IMG/VR virus record: IMGVR_UViG_3300035517_000038
Span: 40,924 to 104,923 of that record
Origin: a virus
Lineage: Duplodnaviria > Caudoviricetes
Length of the DNA stretch: 64,000 nt
Strand: one strand, 5' to 3'
The position numbers and the translations under genes are program-made. Positions 23,101 through 31,300 of the stretch are shown here, one piece after another. The stretch's first letter is position 1. Each line of letters opens with the position of its first letter. Under the pieces are notes generated by a model, which saw only the letters and a list, made by a program, of their open reading frames with translations, was not told the origin of the DNA and searched no databases.

Positions 23101-23952
23101 TTTAGTAGCTTCTTCCATAAACTCCTCTGTTTCTATGTAAGCAAGCCTATCATCATGAGCACTTTCAATGTCTTTGGTAAATTTAGCAAGAGCTTCATCA
23201 TGTGTATGAGAAGCCTCTATAGAAGCCTCGCCAAAAGCAGAAAGAGTAGAACCTACCATCATTTGAGTCTGCAAACTAGCACCGCTGCCTAACTTCATAA
23301 GTTTAGACATACCTCTTAATAATGGGGCAAAAGTCATACCTCCATAAGCAGCACCTATAGAGAAACCCATATTTTTAAGGAAGTCATTGCCTATAGTATT
23401 AGCAAGGTCTCCACTAAAAATATTTTTATACCATTCTTGGTTTTGCGCTTGTTCAGTTCTATAATTAGGTAAAACTTCTTCTGACCATTGATTTATTTCA
23501 TCCAGTTTTTGACTAAGAGCATTATTCCAAAAATTATTACCTGACCACTCACCATCTGCAATACCTTTATAAGCATATTCAATAGCACCCCAAACTAAAC
23601 CAGCAGTGCCATTAGCCCAAGTAGTACCTGCAAGAACTAAACCTTTAGCAGCACCGTTAGCTATTTGTGTGTACCAACCCTGCTCTAAAGCTCTATTGTC
23701 ATTGACATCTCTTAATTCACCAGGAGTAAGAATATCTTTATCATACTTACTTTTTCCTACACCATAGTAATCCTCAGTATAACCTACAGTACCAAGGTTA
23801 CCAACAGCTCTCCTATCTGCTGAAGCAGCGCTCTTAAAAAGAGCTGCTGCCTCCTCAGAATAGTATTTAGGAGCTTTATTATTAGCTTTTTGAAGGTCTC
23901 TATAATTTTGAGGACCTGTCTTAGTTATATCTTGATAGTTTTCTGTACTCAT
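14170..23952 (-). CDS. giant virion cargo/polyvalent protein with zincin-like metallopeptidase motif and ART-like domain
   Basis: 3260 aa; N-terminal Gly-rich hydrophobic helices; TAYHEAFHYV...EEELAEGF (HExxH, nt 16234-16248); YHGT...F..F...TGEG..AY..GFYFT (nt ~15835-15933) and GYVG...HHIIYD..AITI (nt ~14750-14830). Confidence 0.8.
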   Translation of the reverse strand: MSTENYQDITKTGPQNYRDLQKANNKAPKYYSEEAAALFKSAASADRRAVGNLGTVGYTEDYYGVGKSKYDKDILTPGELRDVNDNRALEQGWYTQIANGAAKGLVLAGTTWANGTAGLVWGAIEYAYKGIADGEWSGNNFWNNALSQKLDEINQWSEEVLPNYRTEQAQNQEWYKNIFSGDLANTIGNDFLKNMGFSIGAAYGGMTFAPLLRGMSKLMKLGSGASLQTQMMVGSTLSAFGEASIEASHTHDEALAKFTKDIESAHDDRLAYIETEEFMEEATKKAQDDYNQKYKEINERYDKMPQTLVNNGDGVFVNPTEQARKKELDKLNADYISRVNNARSIAKKEANDAYDKAMQRAKEDAIKVGNGVFAMNIGILATSNYFAFGKAMVGGWKPLSKIEGVSYVNSQGERTSVKQAAKGAASKAAEAGTAVDAEEFAKQLAKGSYNVDKMGKGEKFLKSTVKPFLREANEEWSQGAAGKINIDYYGTDVMNYYKSNIDEDAELETLSYMNSIINGIDANVKDSNSWFEFLIGGVTGLTGVPIISKQKGKWGLRMQGGVREELQNIRENEERAEKIVGKLNEWIQDPKNLNNFKGINRINFFSNLQKAALEVGDEKAFKDAEFASMFSGVQMFSDAGRLDDFYTILDFLDSADQASPEELAEIVKDNTRTVTIEEQREAIKEELNTIYNFLNNNKKALSIKQQNVLNKRAEKLSRKLLTPGEIQEYNEGQFAGIDINTEEGQQKAVDILQKNSKQMREVVDAYLDSKSWVDNSVGDRLSNDQANYLAFLRAQALNWEKRIDQMGDEVQKALKPILDNNIEEVQELERYREVLEAQGVKDPELDKTIAQIKFANEEFKSLLRGTASRANRKLSDEKWDDFRDGIAKYLEHNGAIFDEFEYKDILKKLEDMKALSKATKLFSDTVKEYSKNLDKLEDDIEQTKKDTATEKENKTEEEKVNKAASQSVNEKINEVIDNSESWEDIDTSAFDEFVEMGDEAFDDTTGNVSTEKQEAIKRSRKAKEILEKAKNSKKRLDDMRARGQIDEQTHQDALALLLEGLKNSEAIEDLDDLDREAFNNFENLPNRALDPSMTEEEIEALMGQRLDKAKTAIREALDEEKATEKLLENVPGTVERGPVEGRVGAEVLGEEKPSATDPVEQPAPVNAIQRTDAYDAFIKAVNNDIRAAKEQGLITEAEEVRIREMLNNIVELLAQKVSNNNLKKTIQRKYGDLFSNNYIKDLYIVFSKHIPKFVDASLTTEDIADLKLPTSTKPEIVTGGEQATQEEVTGVESIPEELLGEEIDKIHNDDKITNSQAQADEDAATGALPLKAANGTLNYWRPATTEYPIHRKRGGDRTPYWMTLDNSNEKKPIYKAVYEFLEKVGVFDRAKTGFYDRAKGPKVTFAISKELSKSAGVPVILIVNSSGEVIGDLPIETDRYPGLAEFTRKAVKEYNEKQESVEGDLVPVGGESTIAKIMVGKPDFTTNKRSVSLNQIMDNTNSQGQSTENDFMIGFSTSNGQSPVVVANSKKSRDPKLQSTIMRTSESSTAPAGTPYLLLPTSSDLRAYMPVPFSMPRWLGISEGSLIYKAVREVAEYMATLSQNSDKKDIHEAQDRLRALLNLNHDKGIITFSKDGKLLGIRNGEKIAWASLESASINTRADIIMEAIKKHNPSIRVAREHINNTITVNGQEVNYNRMIGEVAFTNMRPGANHTVDDWFVLNPIIDGQEKKAKAPKTIGTNPNQRTSTATHVDVDANTRVKIENGDYYVWDAVGNDYLLLDPTKPNHAILRAKAYGIQHGLNGQKEYDTPWGRFNTKEEKFVAPKVESAPAEANTEGLGAAVDAARQEADKIPSEAFGTPISSPTDAIDTEGLDSGIDKSNAEGRVGAEYLNGGKKVVEAKQIGNEIARKAGLLKEGEVPGGLFVLNEDSSNDGGDLNYALAKSLVLRIRQTILRANSTREELVRAINNNGNKTKANVNLIEFMAQVQQAVQNGTLTVQDATNIAIQYLKVDPATKNKLFDEFNVEKETTTTTTTSTSNTTRLLEAAIKLARLDDINITDEELLNNDSIIPAVLKTELENLKESDLKAYRETIKNIRENAKNLQKTKAVNLIKSNNEAIFELLSNWNKLSDATTGKVEQYLYSKMPEVHKALKVLQKQTDKAKYKEMLQRYIDEAKKRQENKKNSNNVIPSGSAITADNASKLTKDSVVTITIKSPRGDSEFSDTVAGVSGNYVAIYTIDGGAIIVDVNAGTAEGFSEAQVSLKYVKEEPRDSNSADEFNSFSHTLSVRNTIFNDPNFVNVVDELSKGLENLEGTEFTDALYDKLAEHFNIDVTKIKYDEDIIDSVNSAYATVVASREKAATELKTTTPAADEAATDDDGGEVLSADDFDFSMDIAAERAKQKAEKEKAKAAEAKKDDTQDAYNEALKSLRGKINATRKLTFYKVPQDIVIAVSKLNNTMKNRFFATYDATINSSMSEEDIQKKAREAYEKSSKLRRESSDEAYEGTDIEAEVARVQQMLPQLAHEDALRLVESVTQLSTLANGDKVWGLFKDGVVYLAKNSSRGTAYHEAFHYVSQTLLSDRELSDLYEEAARVFGQKSELELEEELAEGFRRYMQNYEQLENQKGFRKLWGKLKMFVKTLFGKEAQLNKLYRNIRKGKFANKSKATNTINTYHGTGAFAIDEFSTDFLFTGEGNTAYTSGFYFTGSKVEAQMYRIRALATRLREYLPKAFTLFESSGSNLSVADMVDALNTFSATIKLGQNLGEKNTRLFERLTKFFQQDTQSFKEFVDLVERLSSRIDSLESLQYKLASIQKTKGILGTIRRLITNADKLKAEIKAIKSSFSEGVYSKGKIVENKETIQLNNLARQLSEKYNKFVEANKETEAFFTNIDEAVTVAESLLKSLHGGNTYSISINANGKFLQLDTAPDAETLSILDSIKYSLLPKIKNSEQYQRVIAHMTLSGNEPRVNGKSLLGTKGENMTPKELQDIFDNLYNTAETTMDKIRILEGLQSIEYLDKGSAGSNVGKAQADVTKLLVAKGGYVGAMHHSGFSNADHHIIYDSKAITINRNQQSREQTLRRSMSEEEALEQEIKDIENEISSTRDKIKESNNRLRAAYEKLKRDPKAKLRKGYVIYRDGFLTPDAAENAIPEEYKDITQVDECRGRYEIWTSVNKLGIAMNKESTKLLQRRVQLQNMLDAKKAEIAERSAFKEKLESYNHAKLNAQARESMDYLKERGMTIEDFEKMTLLEKETFLKCRM

Positions 23953-23957
23953 ATTAT

Positions 23958-25928
23958 TTAATCTTTTTCACTACCTTTACGGTCTATATTTGCACCAGAT
24001 GAAGTATCTAACAAAGTATTCATAATTGCGGATGTTTTACCAGTAGCACTGAGGGTTATATCAGATACATCTATTGCTCTAGCATCTCTACCCTCTTCTT
24101 TAGCTTTTTTCCTTTCTTCTTGTTCTAACTTTTTCCTCTCAAGGTTTTCAGTTCTAATTACTTCATTATATTCTTGCAAAGCAGTTTGTCCCCCAAGTCC
24201 TAAGTCATCAGGATTTACAATATATCTTCTACCATCATCTAATTCATATATCATTTGATTACTACTAGGAACATTTATTATGTACTTAACATTTACTTTA
24301 TTAGCATTAGTACCTGTAGCAGTAAGTTCATCATATATCTTAGAACCCTTAACACTCTTACCTTCTGCAATAGAACCATCATCCTTAAGTTTACCAGCTT
24401 CTCTTACAATACCTGCTCTAATAAGACCTGCTAATTTTTTAGAACCTTCATCAGTATTAACTCTGACTCTTACTACATCAGTATTAACAAGACCTGCAAG
24501 TTCTTCACTACCATAATCTTCCATAAATTGTTTATGATTTGCATATATAGTTTTTAGAGATTCAGGTGTGTATGTAAATTCATAATTATTTCTAAACTTA
24601 TATGGATTACCTCCAGAGTCACGGGCATCAGTTTCTGTATAGTGAGGAGTAAGTTCAAAACCTCTTTCTTTTGCCCATGCAGCAAAGTCATCATCTTTAT
24701 TCGCAAAGGCATAACCCGCAGAACCTCTAAGCTCTTGACCACTAGCCTTGCGGTCTGCATATTCTACAGAAAGCTCTATAGCCCTCATACCCTTAGAAGT
24801 GAATTTACCAGTATCAGTAATATAACCCTTCTTACGATATTTATCATAAGTTGCCTTAGCTTCATCATTCAGTTTCTTTACTTCTGATGCTGAATACCAA
24901 GTAGTTATATTATCTCTATATTTATTCTTATCCTCATCAGTTTTTTTACCGCTGGAGCCTGAACCACTTCCTGAACCTCCACCATCTTCATCACCGTAGT
25001 AATTCCTTATATTATATTCAGCTTCTGCCTTCTTATACATAAGGTCAATAGCATTATCAATAGCCCTCTTTTCCTTTCTAATCTCAGCTTCTTCTTGTGC
25101 AGCCATAACTGCGCCCTTATTCTCCATAGTAGACCATGAGGATTCTCCAACACCTGCAACTAAACCCTTCATAGCATAAGAATAAGCACGGTCTTTAATA
25201 TCTTCCCAATTATCCCATGTATTAATACCTGAAGAATTTATAGCAGATTCTACAACATTTGCCATAATAGCATTGTTCTTATTGGAGTTTTCATAAGCAT
25301 CTGTACCATAAGTAGTAGCAAATTTTTGAATATCATCAGCACTAAATCCCTTCTTAAGAAGTAATTTATAGGTGAAGTTATCTATATTACCATTCCTTCT
25401 AAGAGTTGCCATATCCTTAGCTAAGGCGTTCATTTGCTCGGCTACATCCGCTTTTAAAAGGCTACCAGTATAGTTTTGATTAAGAGCATTGTAATTAGGA
25501 TTATTCATATATTCTCTTAAACCTATTTCATTAGCTTGTCTACCCCACAAGTATGTGGGGTCTTTAAGAGACATCTCCTGCTGTAATAATGCTTGTCTAG
25601 TTCTTTCAGCGAGTGCTTTTTCCATAGGATTAATAGTCTTTTGATATTGATTTTTTAATCCTATGAAAGCATTTCTAGAACCAACATTAAGACCATTAGC
25701 TGCTAAATCATTTACACTCTTTTGTAAATTATTCATATAATTCTGATACTCACGATAAACATCAGCATCTTGAGCATTATATCTTAGTTGCTCCATCTCT
25801 GCTGCTTTATCAGCAAGCACACTATACTGCTCTTCTAGAGCTTGATGAGCTTGAGTAGCCTGCAAGAGTGGTGCATTAATCTCTTCATATGTAAAAGGAT
25901 TAAATATTGTAGTTAGAGTCCTTGCCAT
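23958..25928 (-). CDS. virion cargo protein (cargo 2-like by synteny)
   Basis: 656 aa between cargo 1 and the giant cargo; N-terminus TTIFNPFTYEE; TAATG coupling to upstream gene. Confidence 0.7.
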   Translation of the reverse strand: MARTLTTIFNPFTYEEINAPLLQATQAHQALEEQYSVLADKAAEMEQLRYNAQDADVYREYQNYMNNLQKSVNDLAANGLNVGSRNAFIGLKNQYQKTINPMEKALAERTRQALLQQEMSLKDPTYLWGRQANEIGLREYMNNPNYNALNQNYTGSLLKADVAEQMNALAKDMATLRRNGNIDNFTYKLLLKKGFSADDIQKFATTYGTDAYENSNKNNAIMANVVESAINSSGINTWDNWEDIKDRAYSYAMKGLVAGVGESSWSTMENKGAVMAAQEEAEIRKEKRAIDNAIDLMYKKAEAEYNIRNYYGDEDGGGSGSGSGSSGKKTDEDKNKYRDNITTWYSASEVKKLNDEAKATYDKYRKKGYITDTGKFTSKGMRAIELSVEYADRKASGQELRGSAGYAFANKDDDFAAWAKERGFELTPHYTETDARDSGGNPYKFRNNYEFTYTPESLKTIYANHKQFMEDYGSEELAGLVNTDVVRVRVNTDEGSKKLAGLIRAGIVREAGKLKDDGSIAEGKSVKGSKIYDELTATGTNANKVNVKYIINVPSSNQMIYELDDGRRYIVNPDDLGLGGQTALQEYNEVIRTENLERKKLEQEERKKAKEEGRDARAIDVSDITLSATGKTSAIMNTLLDTSSGANIDRKGSEKD

Positions 25929-28240
25929 TATCCTTTACTATCTTTTTTCTTTTTACTTTTATTATTACCATTATAACTCATTGTACCATCTTGACCATAA
26001 CCATAATAGTATGCGGGATTAGTATTAGCAGCATTAAATCTGAAGTTCTCGGTACCAATATTCTGCAAGTTAGTAGCAAAAGCATTAAGGTTAGTAGATT
26101 TAGCAGTATCAACTGCATTTCTCTCAGCTTCCATCATAGCTAATGCTTGATAGAGAGAGTTCATATAAGCAGAATCAGTAGTCATTCTATTGCTAGCATT
26201 TGCACTGGCAACAGCTCTAGCACCTTCAGAATTATATTGGTCGGTAGCTCTGTTAAATGTTAATCTCTTTTCATCAAGGGCATACTGCTGCATCTGAGCA
26301 TCCATAAGAGCTTTACCAAGAGCATTAGTTTGGTTATAACCACTAGCTATTAAGGCTCCTGCAAGTTGTCCTTTATTTAATCCTGAATTTCTTAATGCTC
26401 TATTATTAGCACCTGCAGCACTATTAATAGCATTAGCCTGAGTTCTAGTATCTACAAACATAGGCCCCATTTTCTGAGTTACAGGAGTGAAACTAATAAC
26501 AGGTGTCCTTCTATTTCTAGCTGCTGCTATAAGAGTATTAGGAGCTGTATAATCAGCTTTATTAGTCCATCCTACAGCATCTGTCAATGCTTGAACTCCA
26601 GTAAGCATAGCACCTGCGTATCTAGATTGTGTAGGTAATATAGGAGTATCTGAATTAGTGGTGGTTGTAGTACCAACAGACGATTTTAAATTAGTATATT
26701 TATTACCCATGTTAAAGCCCACAGCGGCTACAGAAGCAGGGTCTATAGTAGGAGCTAACGCAGTAATAGCATTATTGGTAGCTAAAGAACCAAGAGGGGT
26801 ATAACCACCTTTATCAAATGTTCTTACTCCATTAGAGTAACCAGCTTGTCTTTCTTTCTTAGCCTCTTGAGAAGCTGTTAAGAAATTCATAAAATCTTTA
26901 TGAGTATCTTTAGATATAGTGTCATTAGGTCTTTCTTCAGATTCTTTGGATAATCTTTTAGCAGCTTTGGCATAAGTTTGCTTACCGCCTTTTAAACCTA
27001 TAGCTTTGGCATCTTTCTTATCTATATTAATATCATTAGAAAAGATATAATTACCAAACTTTGCTTCACCTTCTTGTACAGTATTAGGAATACCATCAGG
27101 GCCTACTCCCATAGGGACACCACCTAATGGATTTTCTTCATGAGAGCCTCCTTCATCAATGGTTACTAAACCATTAGTAAATTCAGCACCATAACCACCA
27201 AGAGGTCCTCCATACTTATGTTCTTTAACTTTTACTCTCTTAGTGCTTTCAAGAGGAAAAAGACCAACAAGTTCTCTTCTACTAGCACCTGCTGCATTGT
27301 TTTTAGGGTTATTACCCATTTCTGTATTATAGGTTTTACCATTGAAATTAAAGGTAGATTGACCCTTTTTACGAGCTTCAGCAAATGCAGAATTAAAATC
27401 TCTTTCTATAGGAACCCAAAGAGTGTCCTTCTCTAATTTATACTGACTAGGCTCATTATAGTAAAAACCACCGCTAGCTCCACCACCACCTGTAGTACCT
27501 CCACCATAAGAACCACCAACAGAATAGGCTACATCTCTAGCAGCTCTTTCTTGAGCTATTTGATTAGTTAATTGTCCGATAGCAGAGTTATTGTAAGCTT
27601 CTCTTGCTTGGTCAAATGACATTCCTAAATAACCACCATCTCTAAAACTATTTGCTAATAAACCATTCATAGTTTGATTTTGAACTTTACTTAAATTAGT
27701 TGCAAGAGACCTATTTACAAAATCTTGACCCCAAGCTTGTTGTTCTCTATATTCATTTGCTTGATTCTTAACCTTATTTGAAAGCCAACCATCAGAGCCT
27801 AAATAATCATTACTAAAAGTCTTAGCTCTAATAGCGTTTGACCAGTTGGCTGCTAAATCATCATAATTGGTAGCAGAAGTTGTAAAGCTATTAAGAGCAT
27901 TTATATTAGCCTCAATAGCTTGTTGATTCTCTGTATTAAATTTAGAACCAAAAGTTCTATTAGCTAATCCACCTATAACATTAGCAGCAGCACTACCAAA
28001 GGTTCCAATGGGGCCTGGAATATTGCTAATTAAACTACCTGCAGTATTAAATATATCACCTGCTGTAGAATTTAGACCACCACCAATAAGATTTCCAGCG
28101 GCTTTACTGGCAGCATTGATAGCACCAGTCATTAAAGCCCCTCCTGAACCATTCATCATATTTGACCACTCAGTGCTTGTGGCTTTCTTAGTACCTTGCC
28201 AAGCCTGAGAGACCATATTAAAACAATATCCTATGTTCAT
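25928..28240 (-). CDS. virion cargo protein 1-like (ejected, membrane-interacting)
   Basis: Follows muzzle gene; Gly/Ala-rich amphipathic N-terminus and GGSHEENPLGGVP motif. Start moved from track's 28318 to ATG 28240 (alt 28216) because a terminator and promoter lie at 28259-28345. Confidence 0.75.
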   Translation of the reverse strand: MNIGYCFNMVSQAWQGTKKATSTEWSNMMNGSGGALMTGAINAASKAAGNLIGGGLNSTAGDIFNTAGSLISNIPGPIGTFGSAAANVIGGLANRTFGSKFNTENQQAIEANINALNSFTTSATNYDDLAANWSNAIRAKTFSNDYLGSDGWLSNKVKNQANEYREQQAWGQDFVNRSLATNLSKVQNQTMNGLLANSFRDGGYLGMSFDQAREAYNNSAIGQLTNQIAQERAARDVAYSVGGSYGGGTTGGGGASGGFYYNEPSQYKLEKDTLWVPIERDFNSAFAEARKKGQSTFNFNGKTYNTEMGNNPKNNAAGASRRELVGLFPLESTKRVKVKEHKYGGPLGGYGAEFTNGLVTIDEGGSHEENPLGGVPMGVGPDGIPNTVQEGEAKFGNYIFSNDINIDKKDAKAIGLKGGKQTYAKAAKRLSKESEERPNDTISKDTHKDFMNFLTASQEAKKERQAGYSNGVRTFDKGGYTPLGSLATNNAITALAPTIDPASVAAVGFNMGNKYTNLKSSVGTTTTTNSDTPILPTQSRYAGAMLTGVQALTDAVGWTNKADYTAPNTLIAAARNRRTPVISFTPVTQKMGPMFVDTRTQANAINSAAGANNRALRNSGLNKGQLAGALIASGYNQTNALGKALMDAQMQQYALDEKRLTFNRATDQYNSEGARAVASANASNRMTTDSAYMNSLYQALAMMEAERNAVDTAKSTNLNAFATNLQNIGTENFRFNAANTNPAYYYGYGQDGTMSYNGNNKSKKKKDSKG

Positions 28241-28258
28241 ACTAATAAATATTTTATA

Positions 28259-28290
28259 CAAAGATAAGTAATTAAATTCTGATTCACAAT
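28259..28290 (-). promoter_or_regulatory. Bacteroidota-type promoter for cargo operon
   Basis: Minus strand ATTG (28290-28287), N20, TATCTTTG (28266-28259); shares TTACTTATCTTTGTA with the vRNAP promoter. Confidence 0.8.
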
Positions 28291-28303
28291 AAACTAAAGG
28301 ATA

Positions 28304-28345
28304 AAATAATAGGAGCATAAGAAAACTCCTATGCTCCTTATTATT
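28304..28345 (-). terminator. intrinsic terminator after muzzle gene
   Basis: Inverted repeat aggagcata...tatgctcct with A/T-rich extensions immediately after the stop at 28345. Confidence 0.75.
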
Positions 28346-31300
28346 TAGTATGTATAAGTTACATCTAAATCATGTAATACCAATCTATCTGTAGAACCAG
28401 CAGGCATATTAAAACTTATTTTAGCCCAGGGGTTTCTAATCCTTTGGAAGGTATTTACATTTCTTGGTATATTGGCTCTCCAAACTCTAAATTTATATTT
28501 AAAATCTCTACCAGCATCAGACTTCTGATACTCATTAGAGGCTTCTATACTAGCAAATGGTGCCTTATGTGTTACATTACCATCTTTATCATATAAGTCC
28601 GCCCTAAGTTCCACAGTGTCAAATATTTTAGTGATAGTAGGATTCTCATTAGAAATAAAGCTAAAGGCTCTATTATATCTAAAACCAAATATAGTTCCTG
28701 TATTTGCACTATATAATTGAGTTATTAATGGGTATCCATACTTATAACCAATAAATTTATTCTTAAAATTAATCAATCCATAAGTACCACTATAAGAAAA
28801 TATAGATACAAAATTATCCAGAGTCTCATTAAAGTTTAATGTTGTCTCTTGATTAGCACCAGGACCTAATGCAAAATAAACATCCTTATAGGTATTATCG
28901 TAGAAAGTTCTAATGCCATTAGAATCACTACTAGCAGGTAGCCACTCATTCGACTTATAGTTCTCTCTAACCCAATCCTGCATACCCTTCTCTAAACTTA
29001 AGTCTGCTATGCCATTAGAGTTATATCTATATATAGAATTAGATTGTTTATCTATAAAGTAAACTCCCATAGGAGTTGACGTCACTGTCCATTTGTTTTG
29101 GCAACCTACTTGGTCACTAAGGAATCTATAACCATCAACCTTATAACCATTAGATATTTCAATAGGTACCCCATCTCCTGCTGCTACTTGAGTCCTAGAA
29201 TTAAACAGTATCTGACTAAAAGCCTTTTCTTGTAAAGCCAGTAAAGTATCATTATAGGTTGTTAGTGCAGTAAGTTTACCTTTATTACCATCGAGGTCTA
29301 AAGTATTAATGAGAGTAATCTGAGTCCAGGGGTCGGTTTCTGATGCATTTGTTTTCTCAGAAGTCCAAGTAACCATGTTAGTAAACTCATGCTGTTTATA
29401 GTAATCGGCATCCATCATCTTATAGGAGAAGTAATTATCCTTCTGACTATACACCTTATTAATGATATTGAAGTTACTAGGAGTGCTATTTAAATCTGAA
29501 ACTAACCCTCTATTAATATCACACCTACCATCAATATTAATTCTAGTCTCTACCATGTAAGAGGCAATTTCTACTAATTGATTAGTATCTGTAGAAGCTG
29601 CTGGATATGTTTTTAAACAATCATATCTCTGATAGTAGAAGTCTCCATATGTAACAGGTAATATAGAAGTTTGAACACCATCCTTCATAGAGAGCATTTC
29701 TACAGGCTCTGATGCAGGTATCCAAGTATTATTATTAATCATATCTCCTTTAGAACTACCTCCAAAACTATTATGTGTATTAGGATTATATAATTCACCT
29801 AAGAATAGATATGGGTACATTGTTGTGTATTTACTAAAGGGTATTTCATCATATACATTTGAAACTACTGTAGAATCTGAAGAAGCTGCAGCCTTTAATA
29901 AAGTAGAAGCGGGTTCAGTATTATATGTAGTGCTAATACCTGTAATTGTACTTTGAGATGCTGCATGGGCTACATTATTAACATATTCAAAAGTAAAACC
30001 ATTTGCTAAAGAGCCGCCTGTTATTTTAATAGTAGTAACTTCGTAGGTATCTTTATCATAACTACTTGTAAACTTTATAAATGTTCCTACATCAATAGAT
30101 TTATTGTATAAAACCCAAGATACAATTGTCTTATCATCTGATTTAGTGTAAGAACCTCCATACCTTAACCACCATAGTTTTTTAATACTGTAATTAATAA
30201 CCATACCACAAGAAGAGGAACTCAACTTAGTAGCTCCTACTTGTAGTCCAAATGAATTTAAATAAGGAGTGGTTTTTGAAGTATCAAAAGTTATATCATT
30301 AAGAGAAGTTTCAGCATAAAATAATGCAGTCTTAAGAACTACAGAACTATCTTCAGTATCATTATTAGAACCTCCTGATTCTTCTGTTCCTCCATTATTA
30401 TCTGTATCTACATAGACATCTTTACCAACGGCAGTACCTTCTAATATAGGAAGAGTTCTAACTCTGTTTGTTGTAGCATCTTTTAATTTAAATACAGTAT
30501 GAGGACTGGATTTATACTTCATTCTTACAGCATCATTTGTGCTATAAACTTCATCAGAGGTCATTATACTACCATCCTTTGTTGAGTATATAAGATAGTC
30601 ATCATTAGAGAGCATAGTGTCTATGTCCCCTAAATAGGAATTAGAATCCCACCTAACTATACCTACATCATCTCCCCAATACTGTGGAGTTGTTATTGGG
30701 TACTCATATACAGTATCTAACCAAATGGTATTATAGGAAAATAATTTATGCGACATAACCTTGGTATCAAGGACTGCAGTTCTTGTACCATCACCCTCTT
30801 CTCTATTAAAATCTGTATTAAGAGAGCCAGTCCTCTGCCACATATATATATTATAATTATAAAGAGTCTTACTATCAGCTACTTCAGCTTTACCTTCATC
30901 ATCTTCTCTTATTCTATAATCCTTAAATCCTAAAATAGCATTTCTATGATAACCACCCTCTGACTCTACTTGAGTTAATGCTGTTGCACTTACCTTTGAA
31001 TCAGGGGAATAGCCAGGAGTTGATAACTGCACATTAATATCACTGGTAACAGAATAAAATGGTACATAACCAAGAATCCTAAGTTTATATCCTTCTTTAT
31101 TAAGAGCATAAAATTCAGTATCAAACTCTATATCAGGAGAATGTAAAGTTACAAGGTTTTGGTCTACAGCGTAGTAATCACCTTCACTAAAAAGACTATT
31201 AGTAGCAAGCCTATTTTCTGATGATGATTTATAATATATATTTTGAATTTCAGCATTAGCGTCAGAGTTAGGAGGCAGACAGTAATAATGTCTATACTCA

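Noticed and set aside
28241-28318. Track N-terminal extensions (also 34754-34792 and 54897-54953)
   Set aside because: They overlap terminator/promoter elements; downstream ATGs with AT-rich leaders fit better.
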